This document shows positions 10,175-20,185 of a stretch of 64,000 bases of DNA, piece by piece. Where the stretch lies: positions 2,870 to 66,869 of the forward strand of contig CAYOSQ010000010.1 of the NCBI GenBank assembly GCA_964406665.1, read 5' to 3'. This stretch comes from an uncultured Planctomycetia bacterium (GTDB lineage: Bacteria > Omnitrophota > Gorgyraeia > VGKH01 > JBHPFN01). Numbering within the stretch: position 1 is the stretch's first letter; every line of letters starts with the position of its first letter. A program made the translations under genes and the position numbers. The notes beneath the pieces were generated by a model. It searched no databases, was not told the origin of the DNA, and saw nothing but the letters and a program-made list of their open reading frames with translations.

Positions 10175-10965
10175 TCAGTAACAATGAATTTACCTTTATT
10201 TTTTGTAAACAAATAACTTAATGCTGTATCAGAGCTACTTAAAATTTGGATAAGTTGATTTTCCGTAACTTCTCGTTTGCTTTTACTAACAAGATAGAAC
10301 TTAAGACGCTTTTGATTCTGAGCTCTATAATTGAAATAAAAAACTGATATTGCGTACTCTCCTTTTCTTCTAAATTCAAATTCGCCTAATTTCTTATAAT
10401 TTATACTGCCATCCGTCAAAAGGCTTAATCTAGAAATAAACTCACCATTTACTTTTACAGCAAACTTGACTGATTCTTCCTCTTTTTCTGAAACATCATA
10501 AAAAAATTCATATACTCCAGAATCGTTAATATTTACCTTGGTCTCCTTACTTATAAATTCATCCCTACCTGGAAAAATGTCCACAGAATAACCTATATTC
10601 TCTATTAAAAAATCTTCGTAATTCGAATCAACAAAAATAAAATTGACAGCGCTTACTAAATATTTGGGAATATCTTCGACAATGCGTCTTTGAGCTTGTT
10701 TTTTTAATGCTATAATTGGCGATTCTCTATTTTCTCTTATTGTCATAATCAATTCACAAGAATTAATATCGCCATTATTAATAACTGTTGGCTTATTGGC
10801 ACTAAAAAAATAGCTGCTTTCACCTCCCAGCCATGATTTATTATCCACTCCCCTCTCATCCGCAAAACAAATGACAGATACTAATACAGTCGCTGTAACA
10901 ACTAAAAAGATTAATGATTTTAAGTTAAGTGATTTCATTTTAGTATAAGATTCAATATTACTCAC
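10171..10965 (-). CDS. Hypothetical exported protein
   Basis: N-terminal hydrophobic signal (LIFLVVTATVLVSVICFA). No recognisable domain. Confidence 0.35.
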   Translation of the reverse strand: MSNIESYTKMKSLNLKSLIFLVVTATVLVSVICFADERGVDNKSWLGGESSYFFSANKPTVINNGDINSCELIMTIRENRESPIIALKKQAQRRIVEDIPKYLVSAVNFIFVDSNYEDFLIENIGYSVDIFPGRDEFISKETKVNINDSGVYEFFYDVSEKEEESVKFAVKVNGEFISRLSLLTDGSINYKKLGEFEFRRKGEYAISVFYFNYRAQNQKRLKFYLVSKSKREVTENQLIQILSSSDTALSYLFTKNKGKFIVTE

Positions 10966-12738
10966 CTACATATCCTTATATTCAAACATAACAAAATACT
11001 CATTTTCCAAAACCAACCCCAACCATTTTTCCTTAAATGCTTCATCCATTAATTTCTTTATAAGTAAACCAGAATTCTTTCCATAAGCCATCGAACCTAT
11101 CGATTTTTCTTCTGAATAATCCCGATGAATAATTACATATCTTACGGAAGCTACCTTTAACTTATTTTTTAACCAAGAAAAATTTGAAATTAGATACGGC
11201 GAATCGTTGAATTTTATAATTTCTGGAAATAAAGACATGTTTCCGCCACTATCTCCTATCGTTGGCAAATACGTTAAGCGATTCACAATATCCGGCATAT
11301 GCAGATCTGGCCACCATTTATACACAACATAACTTTCTTTAACCCAGGGTAAAGTAAGTATCCTCTCTCCGATTTTTATATTATTTTTTAAATAATCCCG
11401 AAGGTCATAATATTCTTTCGGAATCTTAACATAGGGAATATGATTTTGTGTAAGAAGGGGAATTCTTTCGGGCAATATAAAAGACTTTCCGTGAACAAAG
11501 ATTATAAGAGTAAACAAAAATGCAAAACTAATACTTTTATAACGAGTAACGCGAAATTGCGATAATTTAAGGCCATCGAAATGCTTCCATAATATTTCAG
11601 TTGATACTCCCAAGAGGACTGCTAGAAAAATCGGAAAGAAAACTAAGCAGTAGTTCGGATCTACTAACGTTATAAAAAGACCGATTTTTCCAGAAAGAAA
11701 AGCGTATATTTTGGTGGTTAAACCAAAATAAGCAACAGTAGATAAAACCATCGCCGCAGCAGCCAATAATGAAATAATAATAGCTTTTTCCCTCTCTTTT
11801 TTATAGCTAACAAATAAAAAGGGTATAAAAGCATATATCGGGAAGAATAATGTCAATGCTTTAATAAGAGGATTGGAAAAATAAATCCCCATACCATTGC
11901 CTTTATGTCCTAATAGCCTAAATACAAATAACGGAGTTCCAACCCCCATTTCATGATATCCTTGAATATAGCTAGAGCGAGTTTGTAGCACCCCTTCAGA
12001 AGAAGCAAATTCGGATGAGTTGCTTTCAATGAAAGTTCCTACGGCAGGAACCAAAATATATGCGTTAATCAATAAAAACATTACAAATAAAATTACTAAT
12101 GTCTTTTTATGAATTACCAACTTTTTATAACCACGGATTATTAAAAGAAGTGCTATAAATAAAGCAATAAATAGCATGACTATAGCGGTGAATCTCACAA
12201 CTATTAATGTTAAAGAGATTCCTATAGCAGCGATTACAGAATATTTAAACCTTTCTTCAGAATTAAAATACACTAAGCGAAAGATTGCCCCAAGCGTCAT
12301 CATGTTTCCAATCATACCGATCTGCCATAAAGGAGGCAACTGAAAAGGTATTAACATAATATAACTCGCAGCAATAAGACATCCTAAATATGAATACCGC
12401 TCCCTAAATAAACTTCGGTATAAATAACACATTGATATGCCTGTCAAAAAAGAAGGAAGAAGTAACCATAATCTGTTCATAATCCACAAAGGTATCTTGA
12501 GGAAACTAAGGATATAAACCACTAATGCTACTGGAAAGGTATTTGAAATCAAATTAGGATAGCCGAATGGATCTTGGATATTCCAAGAATAAATACTGAC
12601 TTTAAAATAATCCTGGGGACTAAATGGAAAAACTGAATCTACTCCATTGTAAAATGTATCTTTCTCAAAAAAGTTAGGGCTAAACCAAATAGCAAAACTT
12701 ATTAAAAGAATTATGACAATAATCAGATATTTCATCAT
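10966..12738 (-). CDS. Large polytopic membrane protein (candidate GT-C-fold transferase / polymerase)
   Basis: More than 12 hydrophobic segments spanning ~430 aa plus a hydrophilic C-terminal domain. Abuts the preceding gene with zero spacing. Confidence 0.4.
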   Translation of the reverse strand: MMKYLIIVIILLISFAIWFSPNFFEKDTFYNGVDSVFPFSPQDYFKVSIYSWNIQDPFGYPNLISNTFPVALVVYILSFLKIPLWIMNRLWLLLPSFLTGISMCYLYRSLFRERYSYLGCLIAASYIMLIPFQLPPLWQIGMIGNMMTLGAIFRLVYFNSEERFKYSVIAAIGISLTLIVVRFTAIVMLFIALFIALLLIIRGYKKLVIHKKTLVILFVMFLLINAYILVPAVGTFIESNSSEFASSEGVLQTRSSYIQGYHEMGVGTPLFVFRLLGHKGNGMGIYFSNPLIKALTLFFPIYAFIPFLFVSYKKEREKAIIISLLAAAAMVLSTVAYFGLTTKIYAFLSGKIGLFITLVDPNYCLVFFPIFLAVLLGVSTEILWKHFDGLKLSQFRVTRYKSISFAFLFTLIIFVHGKSFILPERIPLLTQNHIPYVKIPKEYYDLRDYLKNNIKIGERILTLPWVKESYVVYKWWPDLHMPDIVNRLTYLPTIGDSGGNMSLFPEIIKFNDSPYLISNFSWLKNKLKVASVRYVIIHRDYSEEKSIGSMAYGKNSGLLIKKLMDEAFKEKWLGLVLENEYFVMFEYKDM

Positions 12739-12759
12739 TGGTCTCTTCCTAAAATCAAC

Positions 12760-14508
12760 TTATTGAACTTCATAAACTCTCCATAACACCGCTCCGGAAG
12801 GAGCATAAATAATAAACGGGGTTAGCTCTGGATGAATTTTCTCAAAAATAACACGATAATTATCGTCCGTTTTATATTGCCACCCCTCGGGTAACTGCGT
12901 GTAAGAAACAAAACAATAATAGATTCTATCACTTTCCTTTTTAAGATTAGATTCACGCTCGAGCCAATCTTCTTTTGTTACAGAAGGAGCATCTATAAAA
13001 TCGGGGAATGTAAAAAATTCATTCGTTAATGATATAACTTCAGGAACATTTCCAGTAAAAAGACGCATTAACATATTATGGAAATATGCATTATATGTAG
13101 TAAATACAATCTTCGTTGCCTTGGAATATCCCTTCTCAGCAATGTATTCGTAGGCTTTATAAGTACCTGCAGCAGAGATGCTATGATAATAATTCTTTTT
13201 AGGTAGAAATTGAAAAATCCAAAACACTCCAGAAAAAATAGATGACAAAATAATGAAAAGCGATATGAAACCTACCAATACATTTTTTGATAATTTCTTA
13301 AATTTACTATGTATATATTCTCCAATCGGATATACTGAGCGAGCCGCTAAAATAAACATTGGCGGAATTATCCAAACGCAAATATTCTTTAATTTCATTA
13401 CGATAATAAAAGAGTAAAAAACTAAAAAAGTGCTAAACCAAATCAGAGAAAAAATATCCTCTTTCTTTCTTTTTTTCGAAGAAACCCAATAACCAATTAA
13501 AAAGAAAAATGAAACTACATAATTATACATAAGAGGAACACCCGGAGGCTCAATTGAATAATGTCCTCCCAGGCTCTTTCCATTGATGAATACTCCTAAG
13601 AAAAACATTTTAAAATTCAACAACAAGCGCTTAATATCGAACAAAACCATCCCGTATATTGAATGAGATGCTGACTTATGACTAGCAAAATATGATTTAA
13701 AAAAACCAAGAGCTACACTCTCAGATAAGTTGAAGTATAAGTAACGCAAATAATCGAGAATAAAAGCAGAAAAAACAGCAACAATTAAAAACAAGGCAAA
13801 ATAAGATATATATGGACGTATCTTTTTTATAGTATATGCATTCCATGCACAATATATAAAAAGAGCCAAAGGTATCATGAAAGAACCGGTGAAAAAAGAA
13901 AATGATAAACTCATGCCAGAGAATATACCCGCAAGAATAATAAAATGTTTATTTTTAAATCTTTCTGCAAGCAAGAATAAATAAATAATCAATAAACTAA
14001 AAACAATATTGTGCCCCCGCAAAAAAGGATCAATTACATTAAAGTGAAGAAATACATGGGGAGAAAAAACAATTAAGACGCCAGCTATAAGTCCAACGAT
14101 TGGACCATATAATAAATTCCCGATAAGAAAAGTAAGCATAACAACGCTTATTCCTAAACAAGAGATATACACCCTATAGGCAAGCCATAGCTTAACATCC
14201 TTGAAACCAAAGATCTTATAAAAACAATGCGCAGGCAAGTTTCTATAGCTATTCCAAGACAGATTATCCATTACTTTCTTTTTATCGCCAAAAAACTCGA
14301 GGAGAAAAGGATCATCTTTAGCGGCAATAATCTGATTCCAATCTTCGTGTCTGGCTTGATCTTCATATTCAATAAGAAGCAGTTGGTAAGGATTAGAAAA
14401 AAATAAGTTTGTTTTTCCATAATCAAAAAAACTGAACGTTACAGAAATAAGCAACAAAACAAAAAAGCAAAGCCATGCTTTTCTATTAAAAATATTTCCT
14501 TCAGACAT
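12760..14508 (-). CDS. Large polytopic membrane protein (ArnT/PMT-like GT-C architecture, candidate lipid-linked sugar transferase)
   Basis: N-terminal TM followed by an acidic loop (YEDQARHEDWNQ...DDPF). About 11 more TM segments, then a ~140 aa C-terminal soluble domain. Confidence 0.4.
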   Translation of the reverse strand: MSEGNIFNRKAWLCFFVLLLISVTFSFFDYGKTNLFFSNPYQLLLIEYEDQARHEDWNQIIAAKDDPFLLEFFGDKKKVMDNLSWNSYRNLPAHCFYKIFGFKDVKLWLAYRVYISCLGISVVMLTFLIGNLLYGPIVGLIAGVLIVFSPHVFLHFNVIDPFLRGHNIVFSLLIIYLFLLAERFKNKHFIILAGIFSGMSLSFSFFTGSFMIPLALFIYCAWNAYTIKKIRPYISYFALFLIVAVFSAFILDYLRYLYFNLSESVALGFFKSYFASHKSASHSIYGMVLFDIKRLLLNFKMFFLGVFINGKSLGGHYSIEPPGVPLMYNYVVSFFFLIGYWVSSKKRKKEDIFSLIWFSTFLVFYSFIIVMKLKNICVWIIPPMFILAARSVYPIGEYIHSKFKKLSKNVLVGFISLFIILSSIFSGVFWIFQFLPKKNYYHSISAAGTYKAYEYIAEKGYSKATKIVFTTYNAYFHNMLMRLFTGNVPEVISLTNEFFTFPDFIDAPSVTKEDWLERESNLKKESDRIYYCFVSYTQLPEGWQYKTDDNYRVIFEKIHPELTPFIIYAPSGAVLWRVYEVQ

Positions 14509-14516
14509 ACATTCTC

Positions 14517-15647
14517 CTATTTACCCAACGAAAGTCTCTTTATTATCTTTACTATTCTTTTTGATGCCTTGCCATCCCATAATGCTATAGGCTTATTTTT
14601 TCTACGTTTACAACCGATGTCTTCAAAATGTTTGAGGATATTTGATGATTTTATACCAACAACGGTATTAGTGCCTTTGCAAACGGTGATGGGTCTTTCT
14701 GTAGACTTTCTTAATGTGAGACATGGAATTCCCAGAAATGTAGTTTCTTCTTGTATCCCTCCAGAATCTGTTAAGGTACAATAACTATCCTTAATCAATT
14801 TCATAAAGTCAAAATATCGCATAGGTGACACAGCTATTAAATTATTGTTTGCTGCGGCTCCCCTCTTTGCAAAAAATGATTTGATATTTTTTGATGTCCT
14901 GGGATGAACAGGAAAAACAACTTTAAAATTCTGCGCAATGTTATTAATGGCAACTAGAATAGAATTTAATGTATCAATATTATCAACGTTAGATGGTCGA
15001 TGTAATGTTAGAACCACATAATCTTCTTTCTGCAAATTCTTAGTTCTTAAAATATTGGAGCTTTCGATTCGCTTAATGTTTTTTGAAAGAGAATCAATCA
15101 TGGTATTGCCAACAAAATGTATTCTATGCTTATCAATTCCCTCTTTTAACAAATTCTCATTCGCATCTTCTGATGGAGTAAAAAGAATATCAGAAATTGC
15201 ATCAGTAGCAACTCTGTTTATTTCCTCTGGCATATCTCTGTCATAGCTCCTTAGTCCCGCCTCTACATGAGCAACCATAATTCCCATCTTTTTTGCAGCC
15301 AATGCACACGCAATAGTTGAAGTAACATCTCCGTAAACAATGACTAATTTAACATTGAGGTTTTTGATTGATTCCTCAAATCTCAACATAATACGTGCCA
15401 TCTGAGTAGTTTGAGAAAATGAACCAATATTTAATGAAATATCTGCTCTAGGTAACTCTAAATCCTCAAAAAATACTTTAGACATATTCCTATCATAGTG
15501 CTGTCCTGTGTGGACTAAAAATGAGCGCAGCTTGTGAATCTTTCGCATCTCATCAAATACAGGAGCAGCCTTCATGAAATTTGGTCTTGCACCAACAACA
15601 TGAACAACGTTTATTAAAGATTTATAGCGTGACATTCCTCTTACCAT
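14517..15647 (-). CDS. wecB: UDP-N-acetylglucosamine 2-epimerase (non-hydrolysing)
   Basis: VVHVVGARPNFMKAAPV...HTGQHYD and overall length are typical of WecB/MnaA. Confidence 0.85.
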   Translation of the reverse strand: MVRGMSRYKSLINVVHVVGARPNFMKAAPVFDEMRKIHKLRSFLVHTGQHYDRNMSKVFFEDLELPRADISLNIGSFSQTTQMARIMLRFEESIKNLNVKLVIVYGDVTSTIACALAAKKMGIMVAHVEAGLRSYDRDMPEEINRVATDAISDILFTPSEDANENLLKEGIDKHRIHFVGNTMIDSLSKNIKRIESSNILRTKNLQKEDYVVLTLHRPSNVDNIDTLNSILVAINNIAQNFKVVFPVHPRTSKNIKSFFAKRGAAANNNLIAVSPMRYFDFMKLIKDSYCTLTDSGGIQEETTFLGIPCLTLRKSTERPITVCKGTNTVVGIKSSNILKHFEDIGCKRRKNKPIALWDGKASKRIVKIIKRLSLGK

Positions 15648-15660
15648 GAATGATATACAT

Positions 15661-17301
15661 TTAAACTTGAGCCTTATTTCTCAATATTAATGCATCTTTT
15701 CCATCTAAATCATTCAAAATATTCTGCTTACCAGAACCATCTGCTAAAAACTCATTTTTTTGAAAGTATTTTGACGATCCCATATGCAAACCAGTAAATT
15801 GATTGTCTTTTTTAAGAAATACCAATTTTGTTTTTTTAATATTAGCTATCTTGTCGACTATTTCTACCGTTTTATCATAAAACGTTATTTCTCTTGAAAG
15901 TGAACAAGCTGTTTTTTCTCTTTTATAAATTAGAGATTTCACAAGTGAAAATTTCAAAAAATTGCTAAAAAACATACATCTTCCCAAGCTTAGTGAAACA
16001 ATACGGAATAAAATAAACAAAAGCGGACTAAAAACTTTTTGGGGTAATTTGAATAAATGAGAAAAAACAGTAACTTTATTTTCCGAAAAACTAATTTGAT
16101 TATCCCTAACTAATGATTGGCTTGTAAATACTTCACCTTTTTGAGTTCTACCCCAATAACCGCAATCACTATACTTCAATTTTGATTCTCTTTTACTAAA
16201 GATTTTAATTACTCCTCCCTTATTTACTCCTAAAATTGCATAGTAATAATCAGTGCTTTTAACTAACAAGCCAGCATCACTGAAATGCTTTGACATATTA
16301 TTTCTAAAGGGGAGTTCTTCAGAAAAAGAATAATTATCCATATTTAACCCAGCAAAAAGATAATTATTAAGTAAGGGGAAAAAATTGTACGAATCAACAG
16401 CTGAGAGACCCACGACAGTCTGCGACTTAACAGCATCCCTCATAAACTGTGCGATTGTTCCTGCAAGAGGAATCTTTTTTGCTAATATTTCAAAACCTGC
16501 AGGAAAATAAAATGTTGTGTTCCTGCTACCATATTCTCCACCTAGAGTAGAATCGGGATGTATAAAATAAGAAATAAACTCAATGGATTTCCTAAGACTC
16601 CTAAGAAGAGTTTCATCTTTTGTATGTTGCCAAATCTTTGATAGAAAAAATATACTGTGCGTCTGATATCCTATATCAGCACCCCCATATTCTTCATACC
16701 AGCCTTCTCGTGACTGATGTGAATATATCTTTTGAATATAATAGTCACATCTACTTTTAAATTTCTCTTCACCGGTAATCAAATAAATGTTGTACAGTGC
16801 GGCTGCGGCGGCGGATAAATGATTTGATAAAAATCCATGTTTTTCATCATGCCTACAAAGCCACTGCCCTGCCCAGGAAAATACTCCAATAAGCTCGCTG
16901 CGAAATTCATCTGTAATTTTATTTGAAAGCAAAAGAAATGCCTCTGAAACGTAAAACGAGGTAAATGCTGTTGCGGCTAAACTATGTTCATGGGGATAAG
17001 CTTCATCAAAAGAACCATCTCTGTGTTGAATCTTTGACCAAAATCTCATTGCTGAAAGAATGCATTCCAAAGTTTTTTCATGAGCAAATAAATAATTCCC
17101 TGGGAACTGATTAGAATACAAAAATGCCAAAGTGCAAACCCCTTCTTGAAATCTGGCACCTGGAAAATCACTAAATTTCCAACACCAATAATTCCTATCA
17201 AAACAACCATGAGTTCTAGTCAATTGCTCTCTATCAAGCATAGACATCACTAAAGGAACTTTACTCAATGCCAAAATATAGTATGGATTATTCTTTACCA
17301 T
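15661..17301 (-). CDS. Hypothetical soluble protein, aromatic-rich (possible alpha/alpha-toroid, heparinase II/III- or lyase-like)
   Basis: 546 aa with no TM. Trp/Tyr/His-rich stretches (FDRNYWCWKF, REGWYEEYGGADIGYQTH). Family not securely recognised. Confidence 0.25.
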   Translation of the reverse strand: MVKNNPYYILALSKVPLVMSMLDREQLTRTHGCFDRNYWCWKFSDFPGARFQEGVCTLAFLYSNQFPGNYLFAHEKTLECILSAMRFWSKIQHRDGSFDEAYPHEHSLAATAFTSFYVSEAFLLLSNKITDEFRSELIGVFSWAGQWLCRHDEKHGFLSNHLSAAAAALYNIYLITGEEKFKSRCDYYIQKIYSHQSREGWYEEYGGADIGYQTHSIFFLSKIWQHTKDETLLRSLRKSIEFISYFIHPDSTLGGEYGSRNTTFYFPAGFEILAKKIPLAGTIAQFMRDAVKSQTVVGLSAVDSYNFFPLLNNYLFAGLNMDNYSFSEELPFRNNMSKHFSDAGLLVKSTDYYYAILGVNKGGVIKIFSKRESKLKYSDCGYWGRTQKGEVFTSQSLVRDNQISFSENKVTVFSHLFKLPQKVFSPLLFILFRIVSLSLGRCMFFSNFLKFSLVKSLIYKREKTACSLSREITFYDKTVEIVDKIANIKKTKLVFLKKDNQFTGLHMGSSKYFQKNEFLADGSGKQNILNDLDGKDALILRNKAQV

Positions 17302-17306
17302 TTACC

Positions 17307-18725
17307 CTAGTTCTCTTTCTGAGCGGTTACCATATCATACGCCGCCAATGCCAATCTTTTAAAATCAGCAAAGTTAGAGATACCACGCAACTCACGAAAA
17401 ATCATTTTTGGATTTATATATGCATCGGAGAATGCTTTTCTATAAAAATAAATTAATTGCTGTTTAGTTAAATCCTTTGGCACAAATGTAGGATTATGAG
17501 ATAACGCCAAATCGCTAAATCTGCTGAAATCAAAGGTACCAAATTCTTGAACCCTATTCCAAAGTTCTGTTCCTGGAAAAGGCGTCATTAGAGAAAATGT
17601 AGGGTAATCAATTATTGAAGCTCTAGCAAACTTTATAGTCTTTCTAATTGTTTCTTCGTTATCCAAAGGATTGCCTAAAATAAAAGATGCCTGAATTCTA
17701 AGACCAACCTCTTTTGCCCAGTCACAGACTTTTTTGACATGTGTTATTGTTATCCCTTTTTTAAGAACATCTAAAATTCGCTGATCAACACTTTCTATTC
17801 CAATCCTAACTAACCAACAACCGCTCTCCTTCATTGTTTTCAAAACATCCTTATTTTTAATCGCATCAACCCGTAAATTGCACGACCACGAAATATCAAT
17901 TTTTTTTCTTTTTAAAATATTGCAAATCTCAAAAACTCTTTTTTCGTCTAAATTAAAAGTGTCATCATTTATTTTAATCTCTTTTATTCCAAAATCTTCT
18001 ACCAGTTGAGTTATCTCATTAATAACATATTGTGGACTGTGAAAACGAACCCGTTTACCAAAAGGAGTTTGGCAAAAAATACACGCAAATGGACAACCCC
18101 GAGAAGTAAATATATGAGCAACTGGTTCTCTACGAGAAAGCATAAACTTCGAACGATAATCCCGCATGTCTGGCAAAAGATGTCGTGAAGGAAATGGCAA
18201 ATCATCAAGATTCTCAACTAGATCCATCGGTTCGTTCTGATAAACTTCTCCATCTCTATGATATACGAGCCCTTTAAGATCTTCTATTTTTCCACTCTTC
18301 GTTTCTAAATATTTGACAAGATTTAAAAAGCTAACTTCTCCTTCACCAATTATGCCAAAATCAAAAGATTTACACTGCAAAGTATCCTTACCATAACCTG
18401 ATACATGAGGCCCTCCTAGTACAATCACTATGTGTGGAAAATATTCTTTTATACACTTTGCTAATTCTTCAACTCCCTCTATACCCAAACTTGTTGCATA
18501 TATCCCAACTATTTGTGGGTCTTGACCTTTAATCATTTCTATAATTTCGACGTTAGGCAACTGCAAAAGATTGGCATCAATAATTTCAACAGGATAGCGT
18601 TCTTTTTCTAATATACCTGCTAAATAACACAAGCCCAGAGGTGGTAAAACTGCCCCTAATCTCTTGAATCTTTTACCGTAGGCAATTTCTTGGCTGATAC
18701 ATGGATTAATAAGAGTTATCTTCAT
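17307..18725 (-). CDS. B12-binding domain radical SAM enzyme, paralog 2
   Basis: TSRGCPFACIFCQT (CX3CX2C) after an N-terminal B12-binding-like domain. Confidence 0.85.
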   Translation of the reverse strand: MKITLINPCISQEIAYGKRFKRLGAVLPPLGLCYLAGILEKERYPVEIIDANLLQLPNVEIIEMIKGQDPQIVGIYATSLGIEGVEELAKCIKEYFPHIVIVLGGPHVSGYGKDTLQCKSFDFGIIGEGEVSFLNLVKYLETKSGKIEDLKGLVYHRDGEVYQNEPMDLVENLDDLPFPSRHLLPDMRDYRSKFMLSRREPVAHIFTSRGCPFACIFCQTPFGKRVRFHSPQYVINEITQLVEDFGIKEIKINDDTFNLDEKRVFEICNILKRKKIDISWSCNLRVDAIKNKDVLKTMKESGCWLVRIGIESVDQRILDVLKKGITITHVKKVCDWAKEVGLRIQASFILGNPLDNEETIRKTIKFARASIIDYPTFSLMTPFPGTELWNRVQEFGTFDFSRFSDLALSHNPTFVPKDLTKQQLIYFYRKAFSDAYINPKMIFRELRGISNFADFKRLALAAYDMVTAQKEN

Positions 18726-18742
18726 AATTAAATTTATTTAAT

Positions 18743-20164
18743 TCACCTTAAAATATCTTTAGCAACGCGAATCTTGTGTATTAAATCACTAAAAGACCTA
18801 ACCTTAAATATAGATTTCAAAATATAGGATGGCCGAAGATAAAATTTCTTGTAAGCCAATTTATGAAAATGTTTAAGCTCTGTTAAAGATAAACCTGTTG
18901 GAATATATAAAGGTTCAGAATATCTGGCATTCCTATAACGCTCCCAGCTAGAAAGAACTGTACCTTCCTTGCAAGCAGTCTCATAAAATTCCGTCCCCGG
19001 ATAAGGAGTTGCTAAAGAAAAAGTTGCATAGTCTGCGTCAAGCTCAACTGCAAAGTCTATGGTATTCTCAAGTGTATTTTTATTTTCACCAGGTAGCCCT
19101 AGTATAAATGACGTATTTACCGGAATACCTACCTTCTTCGCAATACTTACCGCTTCTCTACACTGATTAAGAGTAATTTTCTTATGAGCTCCATCAAGGA
19201 CATCTTGATTTCCAGATTCTATCCCGTAAAAAATAAAGATGCAACCAGCCAATTTCATTAACTGGAATAATTCTTCGCTTACAAGATCAACCCTACCCAT
19301 AGCTCCCCATTTTATCTTAATCCCACGCTTCTTTATCTCATTACACGTTTCCTTCACTAAATCTGGATTAGCAGTAAAAGTGCTATCTTCAAACAAAAAT
19401 ATGTTAACACCAAAGTCTTTTTGTATCTTCTCTAACTCATCAACGATTCTCTTATAATTTCTTTTTCTTACGCTGTGTTTAAATATTATATCCTGCCCAC
19501 AAAAACTACAGCTGAAAGGACAACCTCTTGTTGCCATAATATTAGCTAATTTGTCACCAAAAAATTCTAGGTAATCACTTGCTCTGTATTTATCCATAGA
19601 TAAAAGGTGTCGAGCTGGAAAAGGGAAAAAATCAATATCTTTAATTAATTCCCTTTCAGAATTATGAATAATCTTATTATCTTTCTTATAAGAAATACCC
19701 ATAACCTCACAAAAATCTTTTCTATCTCTAACACACTCCAAGATTTTTTCAGTCGTTAACTCGCCTTCTCCCCTAACAATGATATCAATTTTTGAACTCC
19801 TCAAAGTCTCCTCTGGTAAGGCAGTAACATGAGGACCGCCTGCGATAACAACTATTTCTTTGTCAAAAGCTTTAACCGTATTAACCATATTTATAATAGT
19901 TGCAATAAGTGGAGTTGTACAACTGAAACCAATTACTTTTGGCTTTAATGTTTCTAAAATTCCGCTGAAATTCTTGGATGTTATTGCTTCAGCATCACAA
20001 TCAATGATTTTGACTGAATATCCCCTATGTTCTACAAAAGCAGCAATATACCCTATGCCTAATGGCTGACGATACCCGCGTGCTTCTTCCAAAATACCAT
20101 AGATATCTTCTGCCGGCGCATTAACTAAAAGTAAGTCCATCTCCATATTCTTTTCAATTATCAT
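18743..20164 (-). CDS. B12-binding domain radical SAM enzyme, paralog 3
   Basis: ATRGCPFSCSFCGQ motif. Same architecture as the adjacent paralog. Confidence 0.85.
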   Translation of the reverse strand: MIIEKNMEMDLLLVNAPAEDIYGILEEARGYRQPLGIGYIAAFVEHRGYSVKIIDCDAEAITSKNFSGILETLKPKVIGFSCTTPLIATIINMVNTVKAFDKEIVVIAGGPHVTALPEETLRSSKIDIIVRGEGELTTEKILECVRDRKDFCEVMGISYKKDNKIIHNSERELIKDIDFFPFPARHLLSMDKYRASDYLEFFGDKLANIMATRGCPFSCSFCGQDIIFKHSVRKRNYKRIVDELEKIQKDFGVNIFLFEDSTFTANPDLVKETCNEIKKRGIKIKWGAMGRVDLVSEELFQLMKLAGCIFIFYGIESGNQDVLDGAHKKITLNQCREAVSIAKKVGIPVNTSFILGLPGENKNTLENTIDFAVELDADYATFSLATPYPGTEFYETACKEGTVLSSWERYRNARYSEPLYIPTGLSLTELKHFHKLAYKKFYLRPSYILKSIFKVRSFSDLIHKIRVAKDILR

Positions 20165-20185
20165 TCTCTCTCTGAAAGAAATAAG

